Made by a program: the position numbers and the translations under genes. A stretch of 64,000 nt of DNA from Eledone cirrhosa (taxonomy: Eukaryota): contig OZ024752.1 of NCBI GenBank assembly GCA_964016885.1, forward strand, positions 31,992,001 through 32,056,000. Reading direction: 5' to 3'. Position 1 is the stretch's first letter. The number at the start of each line of letters is the position of its first letter. The notes below the pieces were generated by a model. That model did no database searches. It had not been told where the DNA came from and was given only the letters and a program-made list of their open reading frames with translations. Of this stretch, positions 27,100-41,100 are shown one piece after another.

Positions 27100-27495
27100 A
27101 TGATTTCTAATTTAGATACAAGGCCAACAATTTTGTGGGAAGACAAGAGAGGGTAGGGGAAAGTCGATTAAACCGACCCCAGTGCGTCACTGGTACTTCA
27201 TTTTATCGACTTTAAATTGGGGAACGGCAAAATAATAGTTTCTTATATAGGCACACGGTCAGTATTTTGGGAGGAGGGGAAAGTCGATTAAATTGACCTC
27301 AGTGCGTGACTGGTACTTATTTTATAGACCCCGTAAGAATGAAAGGCAAAGTTAACTTCGGCGGGATTTGAACTCAGATCATAAAGGGCGGTAACTATGC
27401 TGCAAAGCATGGCGTCCGATCCTCTACCGATATTGCCAATCCACCGCCCTTTGAAAGGCAAAAATAATTGTTTCTACTTTAGGCACAAGGCCAGA
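27100..27495 (-). mobile_element. Cluster of nested or partial SINE family A copies
   Basis: Full longer-variant copy 27236-27449 plus flanking tail fragments. Confidence 0.75.
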
Positions 27496-27867
27496 TAATA
27501 AAATGACTTTGAAAGGATGAAATTAATAAAATCTAATTGTACAAAATTCAACTCACACTTTTTAATTTAATTGGCATCAGCCTTTAATGATAATCCAATA
27601 TAACTACTATAACTACTGCTACTACTGTTGCTGTTATATATAGCATAGTGTTGGGTCGACTAGATTCCAGACCTCATTCGCTTACCAAGTGGGGTGGAAT
27701 TCGTCAAATCGGATCAAGGAGACAGTGTTTTCATTGCTCTTTCCATTTCTGATATCAAATAATACAACCACCATCATCCCCACTAACCGATACTCCTACT
27801 ACTATTACTACTACTACTACTACTGCTGCTTTTAGTTGGACACAAGGACTGAATAATAAACTAAATA

Positions 27868-28204
27868 CTTTCCAGGGAATATGCTGAAAAAGAAACTTCA
27901 TTTGGTCATTCCATGAGAGTATCTTGGTCAGCCTATGAACTTTTCAGCTAACCTTATATAATAACTGCACTGTTTCTTTCCAGGGACTATGCAGAAAAAT
28001 AAACCTCATTTCGTCATTCCAGTACCTTGGTCAGCCTATGAAGGAGTGATGCTAGAGCTGTGAAATCTAGCTTGCATTAATTTCAACTCTTCTTATTAAT
28101 AACTGCATTGTTTCTTTCCAAGGACTATGTTGAAAAATGAACCTCGTTTGGTCATTCCATGAGATTATCTTGGTCAGCCTATGAACTTTTCAGCCGACCC
28201 TCAC
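27868..28204. mobile_element. Mariner-like MITE fragment (two right ends)
   Basis: ggtcagcctatgaacttttcagc at ~27926 and ~28172; same family as 7889 and 15684. Confidence 0.7.
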
Positions 28205-28589
28205 ACTGGGGCATATTTGTTCTACTTGAGTGTAATTCTCTAGTACAAATTATAATGTACCACTCACAGGTCAACTTATCCTTACAGCACAGAATAATTC
28301 TACTTCACCCATTTGAGGTGATTTGGTCCATATTCAATTCAAGTTTGATTTTTTCTTTCGTTTTTTTATTTTCCTTTTCAAACAAGCATAACAACTTTCT
28401 TCAATATCAATGATTATTTCTTAACCGTCAGGCACTTAAATCGATTCTTTCAGCTTGGATTCCTTAATAGCGATAGCAATTCCTTTCCATCGATTTCAGA
28501 GAACATATGTATTAAATATGTATCAATATTATGTCTAATACTTATTTTATGGTGTCCTCTGGAGGATGAAAGACAATTTCAGTGTCTGT

Positions 28590-31500
28590 GGTCGTGAGCT
28601 GTAGATATAGAGACTTGAAACTAACAACTTCGTTATCTGGGGTCGTGAGCTGTAGATATAGAGACTTGAAACTAACAACTTCGCTATCTGGGGTCGTGAG
28701 CTGTAAATATAGAGACTTGAAACTAACAACTTCGCTATCTGGGGTCGTGAGCTGTAAATATAGAGACTTGAAACTAGCAACTTCGTTATCTGGGGTCGTG
28801 AGCTGTAAATATAGAGACTTGAAACTAGCAAATTCGTTATCTGGAGTCGTGAGCTGTAAATATAGAGACTTGAAACTAACAACTTCGTTATCTGGGGTCG
28901 TGAGCTGTAAATATAGAGACTTGAAACTAGCAACTTCGTTATCTGAGGTCGTGAGCTGTAAATATAGAGACTTGAAACTAACAACTTCGCTATCTGGGGA
29001 CGTGAGCTGTAAATATAGAGACTTGAAACTAACAACTTCGCTATCTGGGGTCGTGAGCTGTAGATATAGAGATTTGAAACTAACAACTTCCCTGTCTGGG
29101 GTCGTGAGCTGTAGATATAGAGACATGAAACTAACAACTTCGTTATCTGGAGTCGTGAGCTGTAGATATAGAGACATGAAACTAACAACTTCGCTATCTG
29201 GGGGTCGTGAGCTGTAGATATAGAGACTTGAAACTAACAACTTCGTTATCTGCGGTCGTGAGCTGTAGATATAGAGACTTGAAACTAACAACTTCGTTAT
29301 CTGGAGTCGTGAGCTGTAGATATAGAGACTTGAAACTAACAACTTCGTTATCTGCGGTCGTGGGCTGTAGATATAGAGACTTGAAACTAACAACTTCGTT
29401 ATCTGGAGTCGTGAGCTGTAGATATAGAGATTTGAAACTAACAACTTCCCTGTCTGGGGTCGTGAGCTGTAGATATAGAGACATGAAACTAACAACTTCG
29501 TTATCTGGAGTCGTGAGCTGTAGATATAGAGACATGAAACTAACAACTTCGCTATCTGGGGGTCGTGAGCTGTAGATATAGAGACTTGAAACTAACAACT
29601 TCGTTATCTGCGGTCGTGAGCTGTAGATATAGAGACTTGAAACTAACAACTTCCCTATCTGGGGTCGTGAGCTGTAGATATAGAGACTTGAAACTAACAA
29701 CTTCGCTATCTGGGGTCGTGAGCTGTAAATATAGAGACTTGAAACTAACAACTTCGCTATCTGGGGACGTGAGCTGTAAATATAGAGACTTGAAACTAAC
29801 AACTTCCCTATCTGGGATCGTCAGCTGTAGATATAGAGACTTGAAACTAACAACTTCGTTATCTGGGGTCGTGAGCTGTAGATATAGAGACATGAAACTA
29901 ACAACTTCCCTATCTGGGATCGTCAGCTGTAGATATAGAGACTTGAAACTAACAACTTCGCTATCTGGGGTCGTGAGCTGTAGATATAGAGATTTGAAAC
30001 TAACAACTTCCCTGTCTGGGGTCGTGAGCTGTAGATATAGAGACATGAAACTAACAACTTCGTTATCTGGAGTCGTGAGCTGTAGATATAGAGACATGAA
30101 ACTAACAACTTCGCTATCTGGGGGTCGTGAGCTGTAGATATAGAGACTTGAAACTAACAACTTCGTTATCTGCGATCGTGAGCTGTAGATATAGAGACTT
30201 GAAACTAACAACTTCGTTATCTGCGGTCGTGAGCTGTAAATATAGAGACTTGAAACTAACAACTTCGCTATCTGGGGTCGTGAGCTGTAGATATAGAGAC
30301 ATGAAACTAACAACTTCGCTATCTGGGGTCGTGAGCTGTAGATATAGAGACATGAAACTAACAACTTCCCTGTCTGGAGTCGTGAGCTGTAGATATAGAG
30401 ACATGAAACTAACAACTTCGCTATCTGGGGACGTGAGCTGTAAATATAGAGACTTGAAACTAACAACTTCGCTATCTGGGGTCATGAGCTGTAGATATAG
30501 AGACTTGAAACTAACAACTTCGTTATCTGCGGTCGTGAGCTGTAGATATAGAGACTTGAAACTAGCAACTTCGTTATCTGGGGTCGTGAGCTGTAAATAT
30601 AGAGACTTGAAACTAGCAAATTCGTTATCTGGAGTCGTGAGCTGTAAATATAGAGACTTGAAACTAACAACTTCGTTATCTGGGGTCGTGAGCTGTAAAT
30701 ATAGAGACTTGAAACTAGCAACTTCGTTATCTGAGGTCGTGAGCTGTAAATATAGAGACTTGAAACTAACAACTTCGCTATCTGGGGACGTGAGCTGTAA
30801 ATATAGAGACTTGAAACTAACAACTTCGCTATCTGGGGTCGTGAGCTGTAGATATAGAGATTTGAAACTAACAACTTCCCTGTCTGGGGTCGTGAGCTGT
30901 AGATATAGAGACATGAAACTAACAACTTCGTTATCTGGAGTCGTGAGCTGTAGATATAGAGACATGAAACTAACAACTTCGCTATCTGGGGGTCGTGAGC
31001 TGTAGATATAGAGACTTGAAACTAACAACTTCGTTATCTGCGGTCGTGAGCTGTAGATATAGAGACTTGAAACTAACAACTTCGTTATCTGGAGTCGTGA
31101 GCTGTAGATATAGAGACTTGAAACTAACAACTTCGTTATCTGCGGTCGTGGGCTGTAGATATAGAGACTTGAAACTAACAACTTCGTTATCTGGAGTCGT
31201 GAGCTGTAGATATAGAGATTTGAAACTAACAACTTCCCTGTCTGGGGTCGTGAGCTGTAGATATAGAGACATGAAACTAACAACTTCGTTATCTGGAGTC
31301 GTGAGCTGTAGATATAGAGACATGAAACTAACAACTTCGCTATCTGGGGGTCGTGAGCTGTAGATATAGAGACTTGAAACTAACAACTTCGTTATCTGCG
31401 GTCGTGAGCTGTAGATATAGAGACTTGAAACTAACAACTTCCCTATCTGGGGTCGTGAGCTGTAGATATAGAGACTTGAAACTAACAACTTCGCTATCTG

Positions 31501-32870
31501 GGGTCGTGAGCTGTAAATATAGAGACTTGAAACTAACAACTTCGCTATCTGGGGACGTGAGCTGTAAATATAGAGACTTGAAACTAACAACTTCCCTATC
31601 TGGGATCGTCAGCTGTAGATATAGAGACTTGAAACTAACAACTTCGTTATCTGGGGTCGTGAGCTGTAGATATAGAGACATGAAACTAACAACTTCCCTA
31701 TCTGGGATCGTCAGCTGTAGATATAGAGACTTGAAACTAACAACTTCGCTATCTGGGGTCGTGAGCTGTAGATATAGAGATTTGAAACTAACAACTTCCC
31801 TGTCTGGGGTCGTGAGCTGTAGATATAGAGACATGAAACTAACAACTTCGTTATCTGGAGTCGTGAGCTGTAGATATAGAGACATGAAACTAACAACTTC
31901 GCTATCTGGGGGTCGTGAGCTGTAGATATAGAGACTTGAAACTAACAACTTCGTTATCTGCGATCGTGAGCTGTAGATATAGAGACTTGAAACTAACAAC
32001 TTCGTTATCTGCGGTCGTGAGCTGTAAATATAGAGACTTGAAACTAACAACTTCGCTATCTGGGGTCGTGAGCTGTAGATATAGAGACATGAAACTAACA
32101 ACTTCGCTATCTGGGGTCGTGAGCTGTAGATATAGAGACATGAAACTAACAACTTCCCTGTCTGGAGTCGTGAGCTGTAGATATAGAGACATGAAACTAA
32201 CAACTTCGCTATCTGGGGACGTGAGCTGTAAATATAGAGACTTGAAACTAACAACTTCGCTATCTGGGGTCATGAGCTGTAGATATAGAGACTTGAAACT
32301 AACAACTTCGCTATCTGGGGTCGTGAGCTGAGGATATAGAGACTTGAAACTAACAACTTCCCTATCTGGGGTCGTGAGCTGTAGATATAGAGACTTGAAA
32401 CTAACAACTTCCCTATCTGGGGTCGTGAGCTGAGGATATAGAGACTTGAAACTAACAACTTCCCTATCTGGGGTCGTGAGCTGTAGATATAGAGACTTGA
32501 AACTAACAACTTCGCTATCTGGGGTCGTGAGCTGAGGATATAGAGACTTGAAACTAACAACTTCGCTATCTGGGGTCGTGAGCTGTAGATATAGAGACTT
32601 GAAACTAACAACTTCGCTATCTGGGGACGTGAGCTGTAGATATAGAGACTTGAAACTAACAACTTACCTATCTGGGGTCGTGAGTTGTAGATATAGAGAC
32701 TTGAAAGTAACAACTTCGTAATATTTGGACGAGAGCTGTGTATGTGGAGAGACGAAACTAAAAACTTCGCTATGTGGACGTGAGCTGTAGATGTGAGTCT
32801 TGAAACTCACAACTTCGCTATCTGTATTTAAGCTGTATATGTGGAGACATAAAACAAACAACGTGAGCTG
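28590..32870. repeat. 51-bp minisatellite, about 80 units, with a 1788-bp higher-order duplication
   Basis: Unit ggggtcgtgagctgtagatatagagacttgaaactaacaacttcg[c/t]tatct; diagnostic variants recur 1788 bp apart. Confidence 0.95.
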
Positions 32871-32903
32871 TACATATATTCCGTATCTGTGAACGTGAGC
32901 TTA

Positions 32904-33290
32904 GTGGTGTTGAGAAACTCTCAGGAGAGCTGGAGAGCAGAAGGTCTTCAGGGAAGAAGCCCCACTCCTCAAGCAAATGTTTCGGCCTGGGAGAGTTATA
33001 CAGCAGAAGATCTTCAAAGAAGAACCATCCCCCACCTGAAGCAAGTGTTTCGGCCCAGGAGAACTGGATAGCAGAAGGTCTTCAGAGAAGATCTTCCTCC
33101 CCTCAAGCAAATGTTTCGACCCTTAGCTCCTTAGCCTCCAGGCTGCATCCAGGTCAAGAGTCCAGGGTGCCTTTCTGCTGACATTTAACCATTCAGATAT
33201 CGGATACTTGCTGTGTATTTAAACCATATAGAGAAGATTTCTTTGACAGGATCAAGCTGGAACTCCTCTCCGTTGCCTCAGCTTTCATAT
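32904..33290 (-). mobile_element. Dispersed repeat homologous to 13195-13440, with an internal ~65-bp triplication
   Basis: agcagaag.tcttcag...aagcaaatgtttcg three times. Confidence 0.5.
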
Positions 33291-33858
33291 CATGTCAAAA
33301 CTGACTGTGCGTTTGATCCATCTGCGATCCATTTATCAAATTCGTCATTACTCAAGTTGGTTCACTCTCTTGATTAATATGTTTCCTGTAATCTAATTAG
33401 TGAACATTCAATATCATAGCTCCTCTGAAAGTATAGCGAATTTCTATGTCGATTTAATTGTATTCTCTCATATCTTTAATAATCATTTAACTAGACAGAC
33501 ATAACTAAAAGTCACTTTCACCAAGTTAGAAGTTTAACTGCACGTCAACAATTTCGCAATATCAGCAAACATATTTCATTCTGTTTGCTGGCTCGTTCAA
33601 CTTGACTTCTACATGACCCTTCGATTCATTTATAATTACCGATATGTAGAGTTTAGTTAGTTATATGCACCTACGACCACGACCTAAAACGTTTTCATAC
33701 GATATCCTGAGATAAAACATTTATTGAGTTGGATTTAATAAAGTTATTCTCAGCTGTGTCCAAATAACTTGAGTCATTTCGCCACGAAGATTTGCGTTCT
33801 GAATTCGAATTAGAGGAAGTATTGTACTTTCAGTTGCTTCACACCACGTAAACCACGT

Positions 33859-33993
33859 GAAGGCGTATGGCTTAGTGGTTAGAGTATTGGGCTTACAATC
33901 GAAAGGTCGTGAGTTCAATTCTCGTGATGTGTTGTTTCCTTGAGCAAGACACTTTATTTCACGTTGCTCCAGTTTACTCAGCTGTAGAAATGA
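33859..33993 (+). mobile_element. SINE family B (head and core)
   Basis: Matches 9526-9669. Confidence 0.8.
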
Positions 33994-34450
33994 TATGATA
34001 TGACTGGGGACTCTATCATTAAATTACCCAAGACACCTCCAACGAGATATACCTTGAAGGAGGCCAACTAAACCTGCATAGGTGTGAGCTGTCACACACA
34101 CACACATTTCGTCTTCCATTCTTAAAAACAAAAATCAATCAATCAATCTATTGTTAACATTATCAATATCAGCGACGAAGTATATTCTTTAATATTCACA
34201 TTTAAAACATGTTTAATCTTTATAGATACGGTTAATAATCCTAAATATCATTGGAACGATCGACATCTTCCCAAACCTCATCAGCTTACTGAGCGAGGTG
34301 AAACTCACTAAATCGGACAAAGGAAACAATGTTTCAGTTGGTTTTTCTGTTGCTGATACTATCTACCAGTTACAACTCTTGCTGATCACACACACCACAC
34401 ACATTATATATATAAGAACCGTAGAGCAAATATTTATTAAAATAACACAA

Positions 34451-34806
34451 ATGTATGTATGTATGTATGTATGTATGTATGTATGTATGTATGTATGTAT
34501 GTATGTATGTATGTATGTATGTATGTATGTATGTATGTATGTATGTATGTATGTATGTATGTATGTATGTATGTATGTATGTATGTATGTATGTATGTAT
34601 GTATGTATGTATGTATGTATGTATGTATGTATGTATGTATGTATGTATGTATGTATGTATGTATGTATGTATGTATGTATGTATGTATGTATGTATGTAT
34701 GTATGTATGTATGTATGTATGTATGTATGTATGTATGTATGTATGTATGTATGTATGTATGTATGTATGTATGTATGTATGTATGTATGTATGTATGTAT
34801 GTATGT
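34451..34806. repeat. (ATGT)n microsatellite
   Basis: Direct reading. Confidence 0.95.
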
Positions 34807-34876
34807 GTGTGCGTGTTAATCCCGGGTTCAATCGGAGGTAATGCCTTGTACAGGACGAGAACTGTTTCATTCGGAG

Positions 34877-34912
<36 letters not shown>

Positions 34913-35124
34913 GAGAGAGTGAGTGAGAGACAGAATACCTCTACAGGACTAGAACTGTTTCATTCGCATGAAATCACCACAGACCCAGGAACATAATAAA
35001 ACAGTTCTAGTCCTGTAGAAGTCATTTCTATATGTACAATAAAGATGCCTATACTCTATCAATGTATTGAGTACCTTTTTTAACTCTCTCTCCGACACAA
35101 CTCGGAAACTTACTTAGAGAAAGA

Positions 35125-35177
<53 letters not shown>

Positions 35178-35896
35178 CGCGTGTGCGTGCGTGCGCGCGC
35201 GCGCGTCTCTCTCTCTTGAGTCATGTATTCAGGAAGACAGAGACCATACACAATGGGGTAATGTGGATATGCGGTCTGTTTTAAATAGCAGAACTAAGTA
35301 TTATCAGTTTGCTGGTGAAGTTTGATTGATAAATTATATAGTTGTGTTGACAGGATAAAATATTTTATTGGTAAAATAGAGATTATAAATTTGAGCTCAT
35401 TGATTAGAAGTGTCAATTCGATCTTGTTAAGTTCATAAAAAAAAAACTAACCAAGTAAAAATGTTGAAGTTAATATGGTGGTCATTATTTCTGTAATTAA
35501 ATTTGAAATGAAAATATATACTTCGTTTTGAAAGATTTCTTATGTCAAAACCAGAAATTATTATACTTTGGGAGGGTCATGCTGCCAATATATATATCGG
35601 TGAGAAAGGAAATTATGAATTTATTTGCTATAACATATGTTTCTGTATCGATTTTAATTGTCTACATATGCTGACTACAATATATATTGTTCAATCATAT
35701 GCTACACTCAGTTGTTTATCACACTTCTTCAGAAAGCTTACAATTGTTTGTGGAAGTGACTATCCATCACGCGGTAGAATTCAGGAATGTATGTATGTAT
35801 GTATGCATGCATGCATGCATGCATGCAAGCATGCATGTATGTATGTATGTATCTATCTATCTATCTATCTATCTATGTATGTATGTATCTATGCTA

Positions 35897-36485
35897 CTGG
35901 TAACATGTATCCCAGTACAATCTGTCTCGTGGTCGGGTCGTTGGCGACTAAACTGGCAACCCCACCAAGGTTTCTTGGGGAGGAGGGTGACTTTGGACAT
36001 CCTGCAGGACTAAAAACAAAACCTGTCAAAGGGCAAAGGAGCTCTTAAGAGTCAATGGCCATCCGAAATCACCGGGAGAGATGACCTCTTAGCCTTTGTC
36101 AAGGCAGTATTCTAGGAGAAGGAAAACTCTGATATAACACCTGCAACCCTGATGGTATCCAATGATGTTGACTTGTTCTTCTATTTGGTAAATATCATCT
36201 TGGTTAAGAGAGTGGGACTGGCTTTGTGCAGTGCCTTTGCTCACTATAAAAGCTTCACGGCACAGGCATTGCTTTATATCTGGAGATCTCTCTGCACTTG
36301 TTGTCACATGGTACCATGGGCCCAGCACTATGTGTCAATAATTGTCACAAGTGTAGTGTTTGTACCCGAGTTTTCAAGTCGCTGGCTGGACTAAAAAGTC
36401 ACACTTGTTCAGTGCATCGGTAGGAGTTCTCCTACATGGATATAAAGTAGTGGCCGTACTCGAAAACGAGTTGGCAGCCACCATG
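35897..36485 (+). mobile_element. Bipartite non-autonomous RTE-dependent element (RTE-like 5' UTR fused to 3' end)
   Basis: 36090-36275 resembles the LINE 5' UTR at 38250-38450; 3' end tggccgtactcgaaaacgagttggcagccaccat resembles the LINE 3' end at 42062-42097; (TATG)n tail; copies at 5635 and 63578. Confidence 0.75.
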
Positions 36486-37149
36486 TATGTATGTATGTAT
36501 GTATGTATGTATGTATGTATGTATGTATGTATGTATGTATGTATGAGAGAGCTTATAGATAGGACAACACACGCTGTCTTTTCGTGGGGTAAGTTTTTAA
36601 TTAATTTTTGTATTCTGAAACATCAAAATATTTGTTGGTCACTGGACTCGGGAATGTCACGACAGAAGTTTGTGGAAGTTACACAAATATTTTAGTATAT
36701 TTTAGCAGAGCAATCCTTATTTATATTTTACATTTTACATTTACTTACATCTCAATATAACATGGCTTAAATTCAAATTTTGCAAAGAGAAGAAAACGGT
36801 CGAATGAACTAGATACATCTCACTGTCCCCCACCACCACAATAACGTCTACACTCTCTCCCCACCATCACATGTCATTACCCTATCTAGACTAAAGTCAT
36901 CGACCTGTTGTCAAACTCTCTACTCTGTGTTGAATGTGTATATATATATATATGTATGTATATGTGTGTATATACATCACCCAATCAAACAACCAGATTT
37001 CAACCCCAACATCTACAACAACAACAACAACAACAACAGCACTAATGTTTACAGCAACAACAGCTTCAGAATGAACTGAAATGAACATTTACAACAACAG
37101 CGGCATCAAAAGATTAAAAAAAAAAAAAAAAAAAAAAAAAACTCAAAAC

Positions 37150-37188
<39 letters not shown>

Positions 37189-37544
37189 GCACACAACAAC
37201 AACATCAACGGCCACCACCACCACCACCTCCACGCCACCACCGCCATCACCATCACCAGCGACCGGGCCTGAAGAAAACAACTTTAATAATAATTTTTCT
37301 GCTTTTGGCACGGATCCAGCGACTGGCCCAGCGCATCACTGGTACTCTCTTTTGTTGACTCCGTGGGGATGAAAGGCAAGATTGACCTCGACGGGGTTTA
37401 AGCTCAGAGCGTGGAGAGCCATAACTCTATGCTGTAAAGCAATTATAATAATACTGGACTGTAGTACGATCGGTTTCAACTATACAAAATCTTGAAAGTC
37501 AACAAATGACATAATCTTGTAATCTTGTATAAGTAATGACGGTA

Positions 37545-37941
37545 ATATATATATATATTATATATATATTATCTATATATATAATATATATATTATCTAT
37601 ATATATATATATATTATCTATATATATAATATATATATTATCTATATATATATATATATTATCTATATATATATATATATTATCTATATATATATATATA
37701 TATTATCTATATATATATATATATATTATCTATCTATATATATATATATATATTATCTATATATATATATATATATTATCTATATATATATATATATATT
37801 ATCTATATATATATATATATATTATCTATATATATATATATATATATTATCTATATATATATATATATATATTATCTATATATATATATATATTATCTAT
37901 ATATATATATATATATTATCTATATATATATATATATATTA

Positions 37942-37994
<53 letters not shown>
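37545..37994. repeat. Compound [(TA)n ttatc] minisatellite
   Basis: Direct reading. Confidence 0.9.
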
Positions 37995-38014
<20 letters not shown>

Positions 38015-38182
38015 AAGTGAGTAGAGTAGCGTGTGTGTGTTTGTTTGTATGTATGAGTGTTGCTGTGTGCGCGCGTATGTATGCGTGTGTGTGCGCGCAT
38101 ATGTATGCGCGTGTGTGTATGTCGTACGTATAAGTGTCAATAAGTGAGTTTTTATTTTATTTATTCATTTTTTTTTTTTTTT

Positions 38183-41100
38183 TGCGCGGGGTCATAGAAA
38201 TAATCGGGCTGGATGCCCGATCGCGCAGTTAAACCACTGGGAGTGAAGAATGCCCTTGTCAGGGCATTCTTCTAGAAGGCATCTCAGGAAACTGGGTTAA
38301 CTCCGACATAAAACCTGCGGCTCAGTAGTTACCGATGATGTTGATCTTTTCTTCTTTTCGGGTTATAGCTACTGTCGCTCAGAGAGTGGGATTGGCTCAG
38401 TGCACAGTCTTTCCTCACTTTAAAAATATTCGTCACGCACAGGCATTGCACGAGTGCATTAATAATTATTAATAGTGTACTATTATTATTATTATTATTA
38501 TTACTATTACTTTTTTTTTTTTCAAATTCAAGGATGTTCCAGAACAATATAAAAGAGATAATTGGCAATTTAGGTTCTGGAACAAAAAAGATCATTGGCA
38601 ATAAGGGCATGAGATGAAGGAACCAGAAGAGAGGCTGGGGTAGGATTTGCTGTTAAGACTGTACTTGTGAATAAATTAGAAGAATTCCCAGTAGGGATTA
38701 GTGAGCGTCTTATGTCCATGAGAGTTCCGCTGGACAAAGGAAGATATGCTACCCTGGTGAGTGTGTATGCTCCAACTATGAATTCTGTCGATGAAGAAAT
38801 AGTGTCCTTTTACCATGCCTTGAAAAGTGTTTTAAGAAATATCCCTCAGGCAGACAAAGTAATCGTGCTTGGTGACTTTAATGCTAGAGTGGGTAGGGAT
38901 TTTAACACATGGAATGTAATCGGAAGGCATGGGGTGGGAAAGTAACAACAATGGTATGCTCCTGCTGCAGATGTATGAGGAGCTGGATCTGTGTGTTACC
39001 AACACCATGTTCCAACAAAAGAACAAATTCAACACCACATGGATGCATCCTGCATCTCAGGAATGGCATCTTTTGGACTACGTCCTACTCAGGATGCGTG
39101 ACAGACAGGATGTGCAGTGTGTTCGTGTTCTTCGTAGAGCTGAGTGCTGGACGGACCACCGCCTGGTACGAGCAAAAGTGAAACTATTCACTAAACGTAA
39201 AATCCGGGCTCCTGGTGTTGCCCTGCCCAAAAGATTGAATGCTGCTCGTCTTAAGGATCAAAATGTGAAGAGGACATTGGAAGAAGAGATGCAGGCTGCA
39301 GATCTTGGTGAGGATTGGTCGACCCTTAAAAAGTCGGTTTATGATGTAGGCAGGCGTGTTCTGGGATTGGTACAAAGAAAATATCAGGACTGGTTTAATG
39401 AGAATGATGTGCATATAGAAGACTTGTTGGCTGATAAGAGGCGTGCTCTGTCACTCTACTTGACGGCAAAATCACAGGAGAGGAATACGTTGCATGAGGA
39501 GCTCAGGGATGTAAAATCACGTGTTAGGCGGAGTCTTTCTCAGATGGAGGATCAGTGGTGGAGTGAGAAGGCTGGTGAGATACAAACTGCGTCTGATTCC
39601 AATAACACAAAGCTGTTGTACAGTCTCTTGCGTGAGGTTTATGGACCGTCTTCTTCTCTGGTGACACCGCTTCGCAGCAAGGATGGCAAAGAACTTCTTC
39701 GTGACTCAAGGAATTCTACGAAGGTGGCGAGAGCACTTTGATGATCTTTTGATTCAGCCGTGTGTCGTTAGTGAAAATTTCCTCAATCTCATTCCAGAAA
39801 GTCCTGTGAAAGTAGCTCTCGCAGAACCTCCGACGTTTGTGGAGGTTGCAGTGGCTATTTCGAAGCTGAATAGTGGAAGATCTCCAGGTATGGATGGCAT
39901 ACATGCTGAGCTCCTACAATATGGTGGTGAGAGACTTCTGCAACATCTTCACTCTTTGTTTGGAGGGATATGGGCTAATGAATCCGTACCTGAGGACTGG
40001 AGAGATGCAATAATGGTGGTCTTGTACAAGGGAAAGGGTAACAGGAATGATTGTGGGAACTACAGAGTTATATCATTGCTTTCTGTCGTAGGAAAGTTTT
40101 ATGTAGGGTGCTTCTGGACCGTCTGCTGACACACATTGCAGATTGTGTTCTTCCTGAAAGTCAATCTGGTTTTCGTGCTGGACGCGGCACTACTGATATG
40201 ATCTTCTCAGCTAGACAGCTCCAGGAGAAGTGCATGGAACAAAGCTTGGATCTGTATCAGTTTTTGTCGATCTGACAAAAGCTTTCGATACTGTTAACAG
40301 AGATGCATTATGGAAGGTTCTCCAGAAACTTGGTTGCCCTGATAAGTTCCTTGCTTTAGTTTGGTATTTCCATGACGACATGAAGGCTTGGGTTAATGTC
40401 GGAGGTAACATGTCGAAGCCTATCTCAGTAAAAAATGGAGTGACACAGGGGGATATTCCAGCACCGACCCTGTTTGCCATATACTTTGCAATGGTTTTCT
40501 GTATTGCATTCAGGAATTGCGAGCATGGTGTTTACATCCGATATCGAACCTCAGGCAGCATATTTAACATCAGGCGCTTTGCTGCGAAGACAAAAGTATT
40601 TACATCAATCATAAGAGACCTCTTGTATGCAGATGATTGCGATCTTGCAGCACATTTTGAATGCATTTTTTGACGCTTGCACTGCCCTAGGTTTGACTGT
40701 CAGTCTCAAGAAAACCGTCGTCATGTACCAACCTGCCCCTGGTAAACAGTACACTGTACCAAACATCTATGTGTATGGCAAACGACTTGGAGTGGTTGAT
40801 CAGTTTGTCTACCTGGGAAGCACTGTCAATCGATACGGCAACGTTGACAGTGAAATCTCACTTAGGATTAGGAAAGCAAGTGATGCTTTCGGAAAGCTAG
40901 AAAGGCGACTCTGGGGTCGGCGAGACATATGCAGGAGGACAAAGGTAAAGGTGTACAGGGCATGTGTGCTCTCTTGTCTTCTTTATGCCTGCGAGACCTG
41001 GGTCACATATCGACACCACCTTAAGCAATTGGAGCGTTTCCATCAGATGTGTCTCAGACGGATCCATGGCGTTCACTGGAGGGACGACATCAGTGATGTC

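Noticed and set aside
26360-27100. Pro/Ser-rich ORFs and a possible LINE 3' end
   Set aside because: Low-complexity polypyrimidine tract; peptide similarity too weak
27690-27755. Short motif repeated at 34295-34365 and 48395-48455 (aaatcggac.aaggaaacaatgttt)
   Set aside because: Old dispersed repeat fragment; class cannot be assigned from the sequence
28590-32870. CRISPR array or repeat-protein gene in the 51-bp array
   Set aside because: No unique spacers, no cas genes, eukaryotic context; frames are broken by +1 insertions
32930-33125. Type II hammerhead in the ~65-bp triplication (minus: GAAAC...CTGAAGA)
   Set aside because: Stem II closing pair and stems I and III cannot be formed
36152-36394. 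80-aa ORF repeated at 63668-63910
   Set aside because: Lies within a non-autonomous repeat; similarity reflects recent copying and no domain is recognisable
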